Of a stretch of 64,000 nucleotides of DNA, positions 20,004-30,673 are shown piece after piece. The first letter of the stretch is position 1. Each line of letters starts with the position of its first letter. The translations under genes were made by a program, and so were the position numbers. Source of the DNA: an uncultured Acidobacteriota bacterium (GTDB lineage: Bacteria; Acidobacteriota; Vicinamibacteria; Vicinamibacterales; 2-12-FULL-66-21); assembly GCA_963755695.1 (NCBI GenBank), contig CAVWLB010000009.1:206004-270003 (forward strand), written 5' to 3'. The notes beneath the pieces were generated by a model. That model was not told where the DNA came from. It was given only the letters and a program-made list of their open reading frames with translations, and did no database searches.

Positions 20004-21236
20004 TCAGATCCTCAGAGCGGTTGCTGTTCCAGGGCCATCACGCCGCAGCTGGTCGATCATCAGGTCCCGAACCTGCGAGAGCCAGGTCGTGCGACGCATC
20101 TGCAACGCCTCCTCCCTGAAATCCCGCGACCTTTTGAGGTTGCGTGAGGACATTGCCTGCAGACGCGCCCGGTCCTGCAGAACTTCCCTGATCTTTCGGG
20201 CCAGCATCGAGCTGTCGCCCGGCGGGACGAGGTCATCGGCCGGCAACAATTCAGGAATGCCACCGACGGTGGAGCTTATACACGGGAGGGCTCTGGCCAT
20301 CGCCTCGACCAGTGCGCGCGGCAAACCTTCCTGGTGCGATGGCAACACGAACAGATCGGATTCGTCGAGGACCGCTCGCACGTCCTCAGGTCGCGACAAG
20401 TGGCCCAAGAATCTGATCCGTTCAGCGATTCCTAGACCGTGCGCTTGCCTCTCCAACAGACCCCGATACTGCCCACCGCCCACCAGGGTCAGCTGCAGAT
20501 CCAATTGCCCGCGTACGCACTCGGCAACCGCGCTGATGAGAACATCGGGTGCCTTGTAAAGCTGCTCCAACGTACCGACCATGACGAGACGAAACGGCCG
20601 ACGCTCGCCGTCGACGCTGCGGGGAACATCGCGGAAGTGCTGCTCGGTCAACACGACATTGGAAATCCCGACGGAGCTTCTTGGACACGGATAGCGCCGC
20701 TGCAGTGCCGCTTCCGTGACGTAGAGCGCCGATACGGCGTGGCGACACTGCTGTCGCAACCGCCGCACGAATAATTGCCGCAGAGCGGGTCGCAACGGAT
20801 CCCGGACTGCTCCAGGAGCGAAGACATCGTATGGATCGCCGACGACTTCAACCGCGAACGGGTGCTTCCGGGCTCTCAGCGATGGCGCGAGTATGCTGGC
20901 CAGCTGGGACGGGACCCGTAGAATTACCGCGTCTTTCGGATCCACCGCCCCGCGAATCGCCGACCGCACCTGTCGTGCCCGCCGAGCGTATTGCCACGGG
21001 CCGACGTAGCTCGGCACAGCCGCGAAGGATACGTTTGGTGCCTCGGCGGGCTCCCAGTCGGCCGGAACAGCCGGAACGGAACGCACCCGCGCGACGACGC
21101 GAAGCGCATCGAAGACACGCAGATACCTTGGCCACACGCTCGACCGAAGCGGGCCTGACGCCCAAATTCGTCCGTCCGGCGTTCGATCGAACCGCTCTTC
21201 CAGAACGAGGACGACAGTCAGAGGAGACTCACGCAT
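20004..21236 (-). CDS. Glycosyltransferase family 4
   Basis: DLFVLPSHQEGLPRALVEAMA (E-x7-E); VGGIPEL. Confidence 0.9.
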   Translation of the reverse strand: MRESPLTVVLVLEERFDRTPDGRIWASGPLRSSVWPRYLRVFDALRVVARVRSVPAVPADWEPAEAPNVSFAAVPSYVGPWQYARRARQVRSAIRGAVDPKDAVILRVPSQLASILAPSLRARKHPFAVEVVGDPYDVFAPGAVRDPLRPALRQLFVRRLRQQCRHAVSALYVTEAALQRRYPCPRSSVGISNVVLTEQHFRDVPRSVDGERRPFRLVMVGTLEQLYKAPDVLISAVAECVRGQLDLQLTLVGGGQYRGLLERQAHGLGIAERIRFLGHLSRPEDVRAVLDESDLFVLPSHQEGLPRALVEAMARALPCISSTVGGIPELLPADDLVPPGDSSMLARKIREVLQDRARLQAMSSRNLKRSRDFREEALQMRRTTWLSQVRDLMIDQLRRDGPGTATALRI

Positions 21237-22410
21237 GGTAAAGAACCTCGAGACTCCGGAGGCAGGCTCCAATGCTGAACGGACTGTTTTCGAGAGCTTT
21301 CAGCGCAGTCTCAACGCCGATTGGAGTTTTCGTGTGGCGCGAGTCGAGAACGGCGTCGGCCCATGCGGAAACCGGATCCGCCAAGGACAGGCGGCGCACT
21401 CTGTCTGGCAGAAAATCGAGCTCTGACGTGATGGTGTCCGATATCACCAGCGGGAGCCCTGCCGCCTGCGCCTCGAGGCCCGATACTGGCAGGCCCTCGA
21501 AGAGCGACGGCAGGACGAACACATCCATCTGCTTCATGAGTCGTGGCACATCGGAACGCTGACCGGCGAAGACGACTCGATCGAAAACCCCAAGCGCCTT
21601 GGCTTGCGCCTCCAGTTGCGCGCGCAACGGCCCGTCGCCGATCAGCAACAGACACGTGGCGGGCTCGCGGCGCGCGACTTCAGCCACAACCGCAAACAGA
21701 AATGCGTGATTCTTCACATCAACGAATCGGCCGACGTGTCCCATGACGAAGGCTTTCGGGGAAACCAGTCGCTCGCTTTCAACAGGATCCGTTTCGCCCT
21801 GCTCCAAAAACTCCCGTGCATCGATGCCGCAATAGACAATGGAGTTGCCAGGGACCGACTCCCAGCCCGCGCCGAACACCGCTGCTCCGGCATTGCGACT
21901 CGCAGCGATGCGCGCGGTCGCATACCTGGAGATCCAGCGCCTCATCTGCGGCAGGTAGAGCCACCGGCGCAGAGGGTTAGCATGGCTGTCAACCGCCGCC
22001 GTGTCGCTGTGACTGTGGGCGATTCGGATCGGTACACCTTCCTGCGATGCCGCTCTGAGGACCCACCCGCTAAAATGATGAAGATGGCTGTGAACGACAC
22101 GGTATGGACCGTGCAGCCTGAGCAGCCGACGGAGCTCCCGAGCGTACGTCCATGGCCGATGGGGGCGTGGACACGATATGATTCGAGCTCCTAGAGCTCT
22201 GACTTCTCGGTCGTACGCAGCCGGCTCGGCCGTGTGCACCAGGAAATCGATCTGGATGCGCTCGCGATCGATGCGCCGCATCAGTTTCACGAGCCAGACC
22301 TCGATGCCGCCCGGATTCAGCGCCCCGAGCACGTGCAAGACGCGAATGGGCTGACGTGGGTTCACGCTAACTGGTGGCAGCGGCGAAGTAGTCGCATCCG
22401 GCGGCGTCAC
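21229..22410 (-). CDS. GT-B glycosyltransferase (EpsF-like)
   Basis: GGIEVWL; RIAHSH; GHVGRF..VKNH; DVFVLPSLFEGLPVSGLEAQAAGLP. Confidence 0.9.
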   Translation of the reverse strand: MTPPDATTSPLPPVSVNPRQPIRVLHVLGALNPGGIEVWLVKLMRRIDRERIQIDFLVHTAEPAAYDREVRALGARIISCPRPHRPWTYARELRRLLRLHGPYRVVHSHLHHFSGWVLRAASQEGVPIRIAHSHSDTAAVDSHANPLRRWLYLPQMRRWISRYATARIAASRNAGAAVFGAGWESVPGNSIVYCGIDAREFLEQGETDPVESERLVSPKAFVMGHVGRFVDVKNHAFLFAVVAEVARREPATCLLLIGDGPLRAQLEAQAKALGVFDRVVFAGQRSDVPRLMKQMDVFVLPSLFEGLPVSGLEAQAAGLPLVISDTITSELDFLPDRVRRLSLADPVSAWADAVLDSRHTKTPIGVETALKALENSPFSIGACLRSLEVLYHA

Positions 22411-22518
22411 TGACCGTTCCCGAGCACATTGGCCCTGCGCGCGCAGTGGGACGCATATTTGCCCTTAGGACGAAGCACGCGGAAGCCCCGCGAGCTGGCT
22501 GGCCAGCGTGGTTCCGGC

Positions 22519-22534
22519 AGGCGAGAGAATTGCG
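22519..22534 (+). promoter_or_regulatory. Sigma54-like promoter
   Basis: AGGCGAGAGAATTGCG, 22 bp before ATG 22557. Confidence 0.45.
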
Positions 22535-22556
22535 TAAAGAAAATGAAGAGCAAACC

Positions 22557-24272
22557 ATGAAGCCCCAGTTCGTGATTGGTGTGTTGCTCGCCGCGCTGAC
22601 GATCGCAGTCCAGCCGACGGTCCTCGGCCAGACTGCGCCGGCCTCTCAGCAACCGTCGGAAGACGACTGGTCGCTGCCCTCGTGGGTGCAACGGACACCG
22701 AACAGCGGACTGTATGGCGGATTCAACCTGCCAGCCGGAGAAACGACGCTCAAGCTCGCAACCGTGACGTGGAAAGACCTGAATCCGGCGGACGGCACAT
22801 ACAACTGGGCTCCGATCGACCAGCTGCTGCAGGGGCCGCCGTTCGTGCTGCGCCTCTACAACACGGACGTCCTGCACACTCCTGCCTGGTTGAAATCGAA
22901 GTACCCGGACTTGACTGCGCTTCGGTTTCGGTGGCCCAACGCGGCGTATGACGACACGCTGGGCAACATCAGCCCTGGTGACTTCTATCCACCCTGGCAT
23001 CCTGGTGTCGAGGCCGAATTCCACGAATTCCTGCTCGCCTTCAAGGCAAAGAACTATGCCGCAAATCCGAAGATGCGAGGGTGGTATGTCCCTGGCGGCT
23101 GGAAATGGAACGAGTGGTCGCTCAAATGGGTGCCGGAAATGACCCGACACGGCATCACTCCCACCGCGTTTCTCGCCTGGTTCAAACGCCTGATGACCGA
23201 CTATGTGTCGGCCACGAATGGTCAGCCTGGAAAGCTGATTTACACTGGCACGCCCGGCGAAGAATCGGTCGAATGGACCGGAGACACCCAGAGCCACAAC
23301 GCATGGGTTGCGGCGATCAATCCGGCGGTGGGTACCAATGCAATGGCCTCCGCGGCGCTTCGTCTCGGCTCCGGGGCGCGTTACGGCGTCACGGAATGGT
23401 TCAACTACGCGACCCAGGTGCCTGACTGGGGGACGACCATCCAAATCATCAACGGTGCGCGCTACATGGTCACCGACGATGCGCACCCCTTCCTCACCGA
23501 CTCCGCCAGGTTTTTCGGGACGGAGAACGAGTGCTGGGCTCAATGCGGCATGCCGCCCGGAACCAACGACTACTATCACGTGAAGATGGCTACGCTGAAG
23601 GCGCTGCAGCTGCGCATGAATTGGGTCTTCCTGGGTAACTACAACCTCGCGCCACCCGTGTTCCAGTACATGCTCAAGACACTCGGCAAGAGAGTGTGGG
23701 ATAGTCCAGATGCCTGGGTAGCGTTGCGCGAGGCCGAGGACCTCGAGCGCGGTTCGCCCGGTCCGGTGGTGCGGAACTGGGAACGATGGCTGATCCAGCG
23801 CGAGGTCGGCCCGGACGGCTTCACCGTTCGAACTGCCCCAATCACTTCACCCGCCAAGGAGATTGGCACGAGCTACGAAGCACGCCGGACGGATCATGCC
23901 ACGGCCAATAACTACATCTACTTCGGCGTCGACGACAAATTCATAAAGGGCGGACCCGAGGCGGTTGACGTCTACGTCACCTATCTCGATAACAACCACG
24001 CGACCTGGACGCTTCAGTACGACTCGGCCACGAGTAGCGCATACAGGTCGACCACGGCAGTGACCAATGCCGGGGACGGCAGGTGGAAGACCACGAAGTT
24101 CTTCATCAACGATGCCGGCTTCAGGAATCGACAGAACGGGGGGATGGACTTCCGTCTCTACGACGGCGGTGTCGAGGACGTCACCGTTCGGTTCGTACGG
24201 GTGGTCAAAGTCAATGCGCCCGCTCCACGGAGGCCACCGGTGCCCCCAGCCAACCTCCGCATTATTCGTTAG
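22557..24272 (+). CDS. Secreted glycoside hydrolase-like protein (GH-A-like barrel plus C-terminal beta-sandwich)
   Basis: Signal peptide; TWKDLNPADGTYNW.PID (GH42/GH35-like start); WNEW and TENE candidate catalytic Glu; YIYFGVDD..VTYLD..LQYDS..DFRL module; ends PVPPANLRIIR. Confidence 0.65.
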   Translation: MKPQFVIGVLLAALTIAVQPTVLGQTAPASQQPSEDDWSLPSWVQRTPNSGLYGGFNLPAGETTLKLATVTWKDLNPADGTYNWAPIDQLLQGPPFVLRLYNTDVLHTPAWLKSKYPDLTALRFRWPNAAYDDTLGNISPGDFYPPWHPGVEAEFHEFLLAFKAKNYAANPKMRGWYVPGGWKWNEWSLKWVPEMTRHGITPTAFLAWFKRLMTDYVSATNGQPGKLIYTGTPGEESVEWTGDTQSHNAWVAAINPAVGTNAMASAALRLGSGARYGVTEWFNYATQVPDWGTTIQIINGARYMVTDDAHPFLTDSARFFGTENECWAQCGMPPGTNDYYHVKMATLKALQLRMNWVFLGNYNLAPPVFQYMLKTLGKRVWDSPDAWVALREAEDLERGSPGPVVRNWERWLIQREVGPDGFTVRTAPITSPAKEIGTSYEARRTDHATANNYIYFGVDDKFIKGGPEAVDVYVTYLDNNHATWTLQYDSATSSAYRSTTAVTNAGDGRWKTTKFFINDAGFRNRQNGGMDFRLYDGGVEDVTVRFVRVVKVNAPAPRRPPVPPANLRIIR

Positions 24273-24349
24273 CGACTGCGCCGTTCCTCGGACACCAACT
24301 AGTTCGACTCCTTCCGATGACGTTACTTCGACAGTGCTCGTGGACTGTT

Positions 24350-25879
24350 TCACACTCGACCCTGGCGTTCGATCGAGAATGCCGCCAGCGCGTCGTTCGA
24401 GCTGTATGTCGCCCGTCCTCGGTCTCGGATCTTCCAGCGCCCAATCGCGTCGACTGCACAGCAGCCCAGATACGGACCCAGCGCGTACCAGACAAGCGGA
24501 CGGATTATGAATGATGCTTCCCCTCTTGCGTACAACAAGACGAATGAGATGAAGGAGGCGATCGACGCCATTCGAGCCGGGTTGCTGAGGTGATCGGCCC
24601 ACAGCTGGAACTTGCAGTAGAGAAATCCAAAAACGGCCGAGACGACCGGAATGCCCGCTGATCCGAAGTTGAGATACGCCTCGGCGATGAAAGAAAAGCC
24701 CAGTCCTCCGCCGACCTTTGCCGTAGACGGCGCCACGGACCAGATAAGCCAGTCGGATGGCCTGCCGTGTGCGACTACAGGATGCACGTCCCAAAAAAAA
24801 CTGGGAAAGACCGGCGTGACAGCGTACAGGTATCCGAGTCCCAGATCGAATGGCCTGGTAGACGGTACCAGTTGCAGAGTGTGCGCGAGCGTAATCAGCG
24901 ACCCACCCATCTCGGAGAGAATGGCCAGGACGGGGTTGTCCATCGAGAGGTACGCGTCTCGAAAGAACTGGAACGTTAGACGATCCGCGCCACTGACATT
25001 GCGAACCTCGCCGAGAACGGGAAATATGATGAAGAGCACGACCGCACCGGTGGTCAGCAGGAGAGTCTTTGGCAATGGACGCACCGAGCGGTGCCACAGC
25101 CATGCGTAAGAGACTGCCAGCATCGCCGCATGGCCTCGATCACCGAAGAACAGCTGCAGCAGCGTGTACAGTCCGACCGGCACCAGGGATACATTCCTGC
25201 CAAGGGCCCACCGCCGGCTTCCAGCCAGGAGGAACAGCGCCCCAGGACCGAGAAACGCTCCGAGGATGTTGAGTCCACTCCCCATTCCCGTGGACTGATC
25301 CTGATACAAGGCGTAATAGCCCGACTCGTAGACGGTTGCCAGCTGGGCTTTCGCGACAAGCAAGGCGGGCATCACGGATACGAGCAGCATCGCGATGCCC
25401 ACCACTCGACAGCTCCAAATGGAGGGGCCGTCGAGACGGATGCCAGAATTGGTTCGTGAATGGCCGGCCATCGTCAACATCGACAGCGCCCCGAGATGCA
25501 GACCCGTAAGACCGGCCATCGCCATGAGGATGCACTGGACAATCACCGTCGGCGGAAAGTCTCCGTCGAGGATTCCGTGAGGATTCAGGCCTAATGCTTC
25601 CAGACACACTTGCGAGGCGTTGAACAGCACCGCGGCGAGCAGGAAAAATCCATAAGGGTCGAACGCCGAGCGGCCGACAGAACGCCACGAGTAGAACAGC
25701 CAGATTACGAGCGCGAGGCACAGTATCGATAGCGGCCGGATCGAAGCCTCAGATGCGTCGATGACGAAGCACGCCATCCACACGAATCCAATCACCCCAC
25801 TGATCAGCACATGGATGATCAGCATCAGGCGAATCCGAGTGTGGTCGACCGAGGTGTCTGGCGTCAGCCGCGTCAGCAC
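24350..25879 (-). CDS. wzy: Wzy-type polysaccharide polymerase
   Basis: More than 10 TM segments; GDRGHA; GLGFSFIAEAYLNFG; ARG; adjacent to the flippase. Confidence 0.8.
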   Translation of the reverse strand: MLTRLTPDTSVDHTRIRLMLIIHVLISGVIGFVWMACFVIDASEASIRPLSILCLALVIWLFYSWRSVGRSAFDPYGFFLLAAVLFNASQVCLEALGLNPHGILDGDFPPTVIVQCILMAMAGLTGLHLGALSMLTMAGHSRTNSGIRLDGPSIWSCRVVGIAMLLVSVMPALLVAKAQLATVYESGYYALYQDQSTGMGSGLNILGAFLGPGALFLLAGSRRWALGRNVSLVPVGLYTLLQLFFGDRGHAAMLAVSYAWLWHRSVRPLPKTLLLTTGAVVLFIIFPVLGEVRNVSGADRLTFQFFRDAYLSMDNPVLAILSEMGGSLITLAHTLQLVPSTRPFDLGLGYLYAVTPVFPSFFWDVHPVVAHGRPSDWLIWSVAPSTAKVGGGLGFSFIAEAYLNFGSAGIPVVSAVFGFLYCKFQLWADHLSNPARMASIASFISFVLLYARGEASFIIRPLVWYALGPYLGCCAVDAIGRWKIRDRGRATYSSNDALAAFSIERQGRV

Positions 25880-25891
25880 AAAGGCACTCCG

Positions 25892-27320
25892 CTATCCGAC
25901 GTCGCAAGGGCGGCCGCTCTGCTCGAGCGGTGCTCGTTGCACGCTAAAGCGTGGATGGCCCTCAATCCGTCCCCTGTGGTCTACCGTTACCTTCGATGAC
26001 TTATCTCCGGATTTCGCCAGGCGTCTGACTAAAAGCAAGCAGAGTGCGGTCATCTGCACAGCCGAACTAAGCAGGATGGCCCAGGCCGCGCCTCTGAGCC
26101 CGACGAGGGGAACAAGCACAACCGAAGTCCCCAGCGTCAGTGAGGCGATCAGCGCACCGAGTGGCAATTGCGGCATGAAGCACCGGGTTGCTGTCAAAGC
26201 TACACCGAGGACGGAGGCCAGACTCGCCACAGTCGCACCGCACATCAAGAGAATGAACAGTCCGCTCTGCTCCGCGTACTTGGCGGTGTAGAGAATTCGG
26301 AGCGCATCGCGTCCCACAAAGGTCGCTACAGCCAATGCCCCTGCACTCAGCAAGAGCGCGATTAGAAGCAGACGGCTCGTGAGCCGGCGAAATCCTCTCA
26401 GATCTCTTTCAGTGAACGCGAGAGCAAGCCGGCGGCTCGCCGACTGGCCCAGCGCGTTCACGATAGTTGGAGGAATCAGCGTCAAGAACGCGAGCGCCGC
26501 AAAAATACCGAGGGGGCCAGGCCCGAGCGACCGGCTGATTACGTATCCTGGAATGTTGTTGTTCAGCGTGAGCAGCAGAATCATGAGCCCAAGGGGAAGG
26601 CCGGTTCCAGCGAGCTTCGTCATTCGCCGCAATTGCCATCGCGGCCGTAGCGATGTCGAAGTCGCATCACGCGCGTGAAGCGCCTCTCCCGGCTTAGCCC
26701 GCTCCATTACGATGCGGCCGCTCGCCCGGTCGAACGACGCCAGTACCTGCTATCGAGACACCGGTCAACGCCAGCACTCCAATGAGGAGGTCGCCGGTCG
26801 CCCAGATCGATAAGGCCATCGCCAGCAGTCCAGAACTGGCACGCCAGAGCTGCGACAGCGCCGCGCGATCCATTCGCTCGTGTTGCTGACACAGGCCGCC
26901 GTAAATATCTGCAATCGCATCGACTGCCTTCAGCACGCCGACGAACAGAATGATCGACGCTGTTTCCCTGCCGAAGTGTCCAACCGCCAAAACGGCGGCC
27001 ACGATGAGAATCGCGATGAGTGATCCGGCGAGCCGCAGGCCGAGATAGTCTCCGAACGAGTACTCGCCGACGGCATCGGTGACCTGCAGACTGCGAAGCT
27101 GAAGGTTGCAAAACAGAATCACCGGCGCGGTGACGGTGAGGCCCAACGCGTACTGCCCGACCATCTCTGGTGATCCGAGCTTGGCGAGAATGACGACCGT
27201 GATCCACTGGCCTGCGGCGTAAGCCAGGTAGCCCAGCAGGGTCCACGAAAACGTCACCCGGAGAGGTATCGCCGGCGTGGAGAAGCCGTCCATGCGCCCA
27301 ACCAGGTTGGGTTCATTCAT
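25892..27320 (-). CDS. wzx: Wzx-type flippase, one frameshift near 26746
   Basis: ORFs 26694-27320 and 25892-26707 join (..SIAVLASFDRASGRIVMER..) on removing one base; LAKLGSPEMVGQYAL; LNNNIPGYVI..LGIFAA. Confidence 0.8.
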
Positions 27321-28563
27321 GGCGAGAAGGATGCGCCTTCATGCGCGCGACAGCATTTCGATGACTGGCTTCACGCGCCAGCTGAGAGCGCGCACCCGTC
27401 ACGGACACGTTCTTCCACCGAAGGAGCCGCAGATACTCGGAATGCAGGGCGTCCCACAGTGCCTCCGGTCGAAACTTTGCCAACGCTCGCTGACGCGCGG
27501 CCGCACCGTGTGCAGCGCAGAGCGATTCGTCATGAAGGTATCGACGGATGGCGTCGGCGAGTGCGGTCGAATCCTTCACCGCGATGAGCGATCCGGTGAC
27601 GCCGTCGACGACGGCGTCCTGGCAACCCGGCACGCGAGTGGCGATCACGGGGAGCTCCATCGCTGCTGCCTCGAGCGCCACGACTCCAAAGCCCTCACGA
27701 TACGAGGGCAGGACCACGATGTCCATGGCGGCATAGTACGGCGATACTTGACTCTGCCGGCCTGTCAGGTGAACTCGAGGGTCGGAGAACAACTCTTCGG
27801 CAATGGACGTGGGCAGCGGGTCGTGCGGCTCGCAAAATCCGACCATCAGCAAGTGAAGGTCTGGAGATTCCTTGCTCAGTTCCTTCCACGCGTTGTGAAG
27901 CTCTCTGATGCCTTTGTCTGTGACGATTCGGCCAACAAAGCCGATCACCGGCGCCTCTCGTGGAATGCCAAGACTCGTGCGGGTCGACATCCGCGCGACC
28001 CGCCACCGCCGCGGATCGAATTCCCCGGTTGCGTCGACACCATTCGCGCTGCCATCGAGCAGCACCGTAATTTTCCGCGACCGGCACAGGCGCTCGGCGA
28101 CGGCGATCTCTCGAACAGACGCGCTGACACAGAGCACGCGAGTCGCCAGAGCACACGCGGTCCGCTCGGACCACCGAAGCAGTGCGCGGCGCAACCCGGT
28201 GGCGGTCAGGCAGGGCAACCCATGAATGTGATAGATGCGGACCGGTACGTTCGCCAGCCATCCGGCGATCGTACCCAGCAGGCCTGCCTTCGGCGTGTGC
28301 GCGTGCACGATGTCTGGCCGGATTCGCCGGAAGTATCGGTACATCCGCCAGATGGACCTGAGATCCTGCAGAGGTGTGATCCGCCGCGCCATCTCCACGC
28401 GGAACACACGCGCGCCCTCGCGTTCCCCGAACGCCTCCAGCTCTTCGCCTGGCGACGAGACGACACTTACGACACAGCCACGCCTCGTCATCTCCCGGAC
28501 CTGTCCAGCAACAAACAACAGGGTCATCGGGACGGTCGTGACGTGCACCAGACTCAGGGCCAT
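27313..28563 (-). CDS. Glycosyltransferase family 4 (CapM-like)
   Basis: VHAHTPKAGLLG; GSANGVD; FVGRIVTDKGIREL; LPSYREGFGVVALEAAA. Confidence 0.9.
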   Translation of the reverse strand: MALSLVHVTTVPMTLLFVAGQVREMTRRGCVVSVVSSPGEELEAFGEREGARVFRVEMARRITPLQDLRSIWRMYRYFRRIRPDIVHAHTPKAGLLGTIAGWLANVPVRIYHIHGLPCLTATGLRRALLRWSERTACALATRVLCVSASVREIAVAERLCRSRKITVLLDGSANGVDATGEFDPRRWRVARMSTRTSLGIPREAPVIGFVGRIVTDKGIRELHNAWKELSKESPDLHLLMVGFCEPHDPLPTSIAEELFSDPRVHLTGRQSQVSPYYAAMDIVVLPSYREGFGVVALEAAAMELPVIATRVPGCQDAVVDGVTGSLIAVKDSTALADAIRRYLHDESLCAAHGAAARQRALAKFRPEALWDALHSEYLRLLRWKNVSVTGARSQLAREASHRNAVARMKAHPSRHE

Positions 28564-30554
28564 GTCGCCGCCTGCAGCCGGCCAACGCTGGTCTCGGCAA
28601 TCGCTGGATGGGTCGTGGCAACCGTTGGTTCGACCGTCGCCTCCCGAACTGGTTCGAAGGACGGAACCATGACTCGCAGTTGGTGGATCACCCCCGCCGA
28701 ATCCCCCTCCATGGCCCGACGGATCAACTCGGGCACATGAAACGCGGCAAATTGCGGATCGATCGCGCACTCACGCGACAGCCGCATGACCCGGGACACG
28801 CCGGTGGCTTCTACCGTCTCAGAGGCTCCAACCAACTCCTCGTAAAGCTTCTCGCCGGGGCGAAGCCCCACGAAACTGATCTTGATGTCTCGGTCAGGGA
28901 CGCAGCCGGCCAGACGGATGACACTGCGAGCCAAATCGATCAGTTTGATCTGTTCTCCCATGTCGAGGACGTAGGTCATACCGGACTCGCCTAACGCGCC
29001 TGCGTGCAAGACGAGCTGGACGGCTTCCGGAATCAACATGAAATACCGGCGCATGTCGGGATGGGTGACGGTGACAGGTCCTCCAGCCTTGATCTGCGAG
29101 AGGAATCTCAAAAGCACGCTGCCGTTGCTTCCGAGCACGTTTCCAAATCGAACGGTCGCAAATCGCGTGGCGCTCTGCGTGCTCATCTCCTGGAGGATCA
29201 ACTCGGCGACACGTTTGGTCGCGCCCATCACGCTGGACGGATTGACTGCTTTGTCGGTCGAAATGAGGATGAATCGCTCGACACTCCAAAGGTCCGCTGC
29301 CTCTACGAGGGTCATGGTGCCGATCACGTTGTTCTTCACGGCCTCGCAGGGGTGATGCTCCATGAGTGGGACGTGCTTGTGGGCGGCGGCATGAAACACG
29401 AGCTCCGGACGATGATCCGACATCACCTGATTTACCCGCCCGAAGTCCGTGACGTCCCCTATCACCGGCACGGGCCGGACATGAAGCGTACTGAACCTGT
29501 CCAGCAGCTCGTTGGTAAGGTCATGCAAGCTGTTCTCGTAACGCTCGAAGAGTATGAGGGAGGAGGGGTTCGCCGCGGCGATCTGCCGCGACAACTCCGC
29601 CCCAATCGACCCTCCTGCGCCGGTGACCAGCACGCGGCGGCCGGAGATGAGCCGTCCAATGAGTTCCGGATCGAGATCGAGCGGCGCTCGCGGCAGCAAG
29701 TCGGCGATGGTCAGGTCGCGGATCTGGTTCACGGCCACCCGACCACCGATGATGTCGCGCAGGCTCGGCAATGTGGTGATCGGAATCTTGAACGGCTGCA
29801 GCGAGCGCACCACCGCCTGGATCGCCGAGGGCGGGGCGCTCGGCATGGCCACCAGCACTTCGTGCGGTTCCGTGGCCTCGATGATTCTCGGAAGCGCCGC
29901 ACGATCTCCAAGCACCGGCACCCGGTGGATGCGTTGGCCCAGCTTCGATGGATCATCGTCGACAAAGCCGAGCGGCTCGTACCCGTCCTGGCAACCGCGC
30001 ATCTCCCGAACGATCATCTCGCCCGCATCCCCGGCGCCATAGATGATGATCCGCTTGTGCCCTTTCTTGCGCCGAAGCAACCGTGCGACTCGTGGGAGCA
30101 GGCGCACACTGCACAAGCCCAGAACGAGCAGCACCGAATCGATGATGAGCACCGACCGTGAGTAGGACAGTCGCAGAATCACGTCGACGATCACGTAAAA
30201 GACGCCGGTGCTCACGCCCACGGCAGCGACGATGTTGCAGAACTCAAAGGGATCCGCGTACTGCCACAGGCCTGCAAAGAGGCGGAACGGGGCAAAGGCC
30301 GCAGCACGGATCGCCACGAGCCAGAAGATCGTGTTCAGGAAAATCGTCCAGTGGACCGGGGGAATCTCCCCGTCGAACCGCAACCAGAAAGCTGCGTAGC
30401 TCGATGCAGCCACGATCCCGAGCTGAAGGGCATTCAGGAGTAACCGATGATAGTCAACCATCAGGCGCCGGACGGGCCGCCTGATAGCCAATGTAATCGA
30501 GCCGAGGTCCGCTCCGGCTCGTCGGCGAAAGTCAATAATCCTGGATTGGGACAT
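28554..30554 (-). CDS. Membrane-anchored NDP-sugar 4,6-dehydratase (CapD/PglF/WbpM family)
   Basis: N-terminal TMs; GAGDAG; VTGAGGSIG; HAAAHKHVP; STDKAVNP..MGATK; RFGNVLGSNGSV; GLRPGEKLYEEL. Confidence 0.93.
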   Translation of the reverse strand: MSQSRIIDFRRRAGADLGSITLAIRRPVRRLMVDYHRLLLNALQLGIVAASSYAAFWLRFDGEIPPVHWTIFLNTIFWLVAIRAAAFAPFRLFAGLWQYADPFEFCNIVAAVGVSTGVFYVIVDVILRLSYSRSVLIIDSVLLVLGLCSVRLLPRVARLLRRKKGHKRIIIYGAGDAGEMIVREMRGCQDGYEPLGFVDDDPSKLGQRIHRVPVLGDRAALPRIIEATEPHEVLVAMPSAPPSAIQAVVRSLQPFKIPITTLPSLRDIIGGRVAVNQIRDLTIADLLPRAPLDLDPELIGRLISGRRVLVTGAGGSIGAELSRQIAAANPSSLILFERYENSLHDLTNELLDRFSTLHVRPVPVIGDVTDFGRVNQVMSDHRPELVFHAAAHKHVPLMEHHPCEAVKNNVIGTMTLVEAADLWSVERFILISTDKAVNPSSVMGATKRVAELILQEMSTQSATRFATVRFGNVLGSNGSVLLRFLSQIKAGGPVTVTHPDMRRYFMLIPEAVQLVLHAGALGESGMTYVLDMGEQIKLIDLARSVIRLAGCVPDRDIKISFVGLRPGEKLYEELVGASETVEATGVSRVMRLSRECAIDPQFAAFHVPELIRRAMEGDSAGVIHQLRVMVPSFEPVREATVEPTVATTHPAIAETSVGRLQAATWP

Positions 30555-30673
30555 ACGACGACTGGTTCTGGGCTGGTGCGTTTTGAAACCTGACCGAGGC
30601 TCCCGCGCACGGGTGGAGCCAGCGGCCGCCTCTTGTCGGAAGATCTTCCGGAGTGGGTTCGAGCCGTCGGGGC

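Noticed and set aside
24793-24800. A8 run within wzy as a possible phase-variation tract
   Set aside because: In frame, explained by Ser-Phe-Phe-Trp codons, and short for a contingency locus
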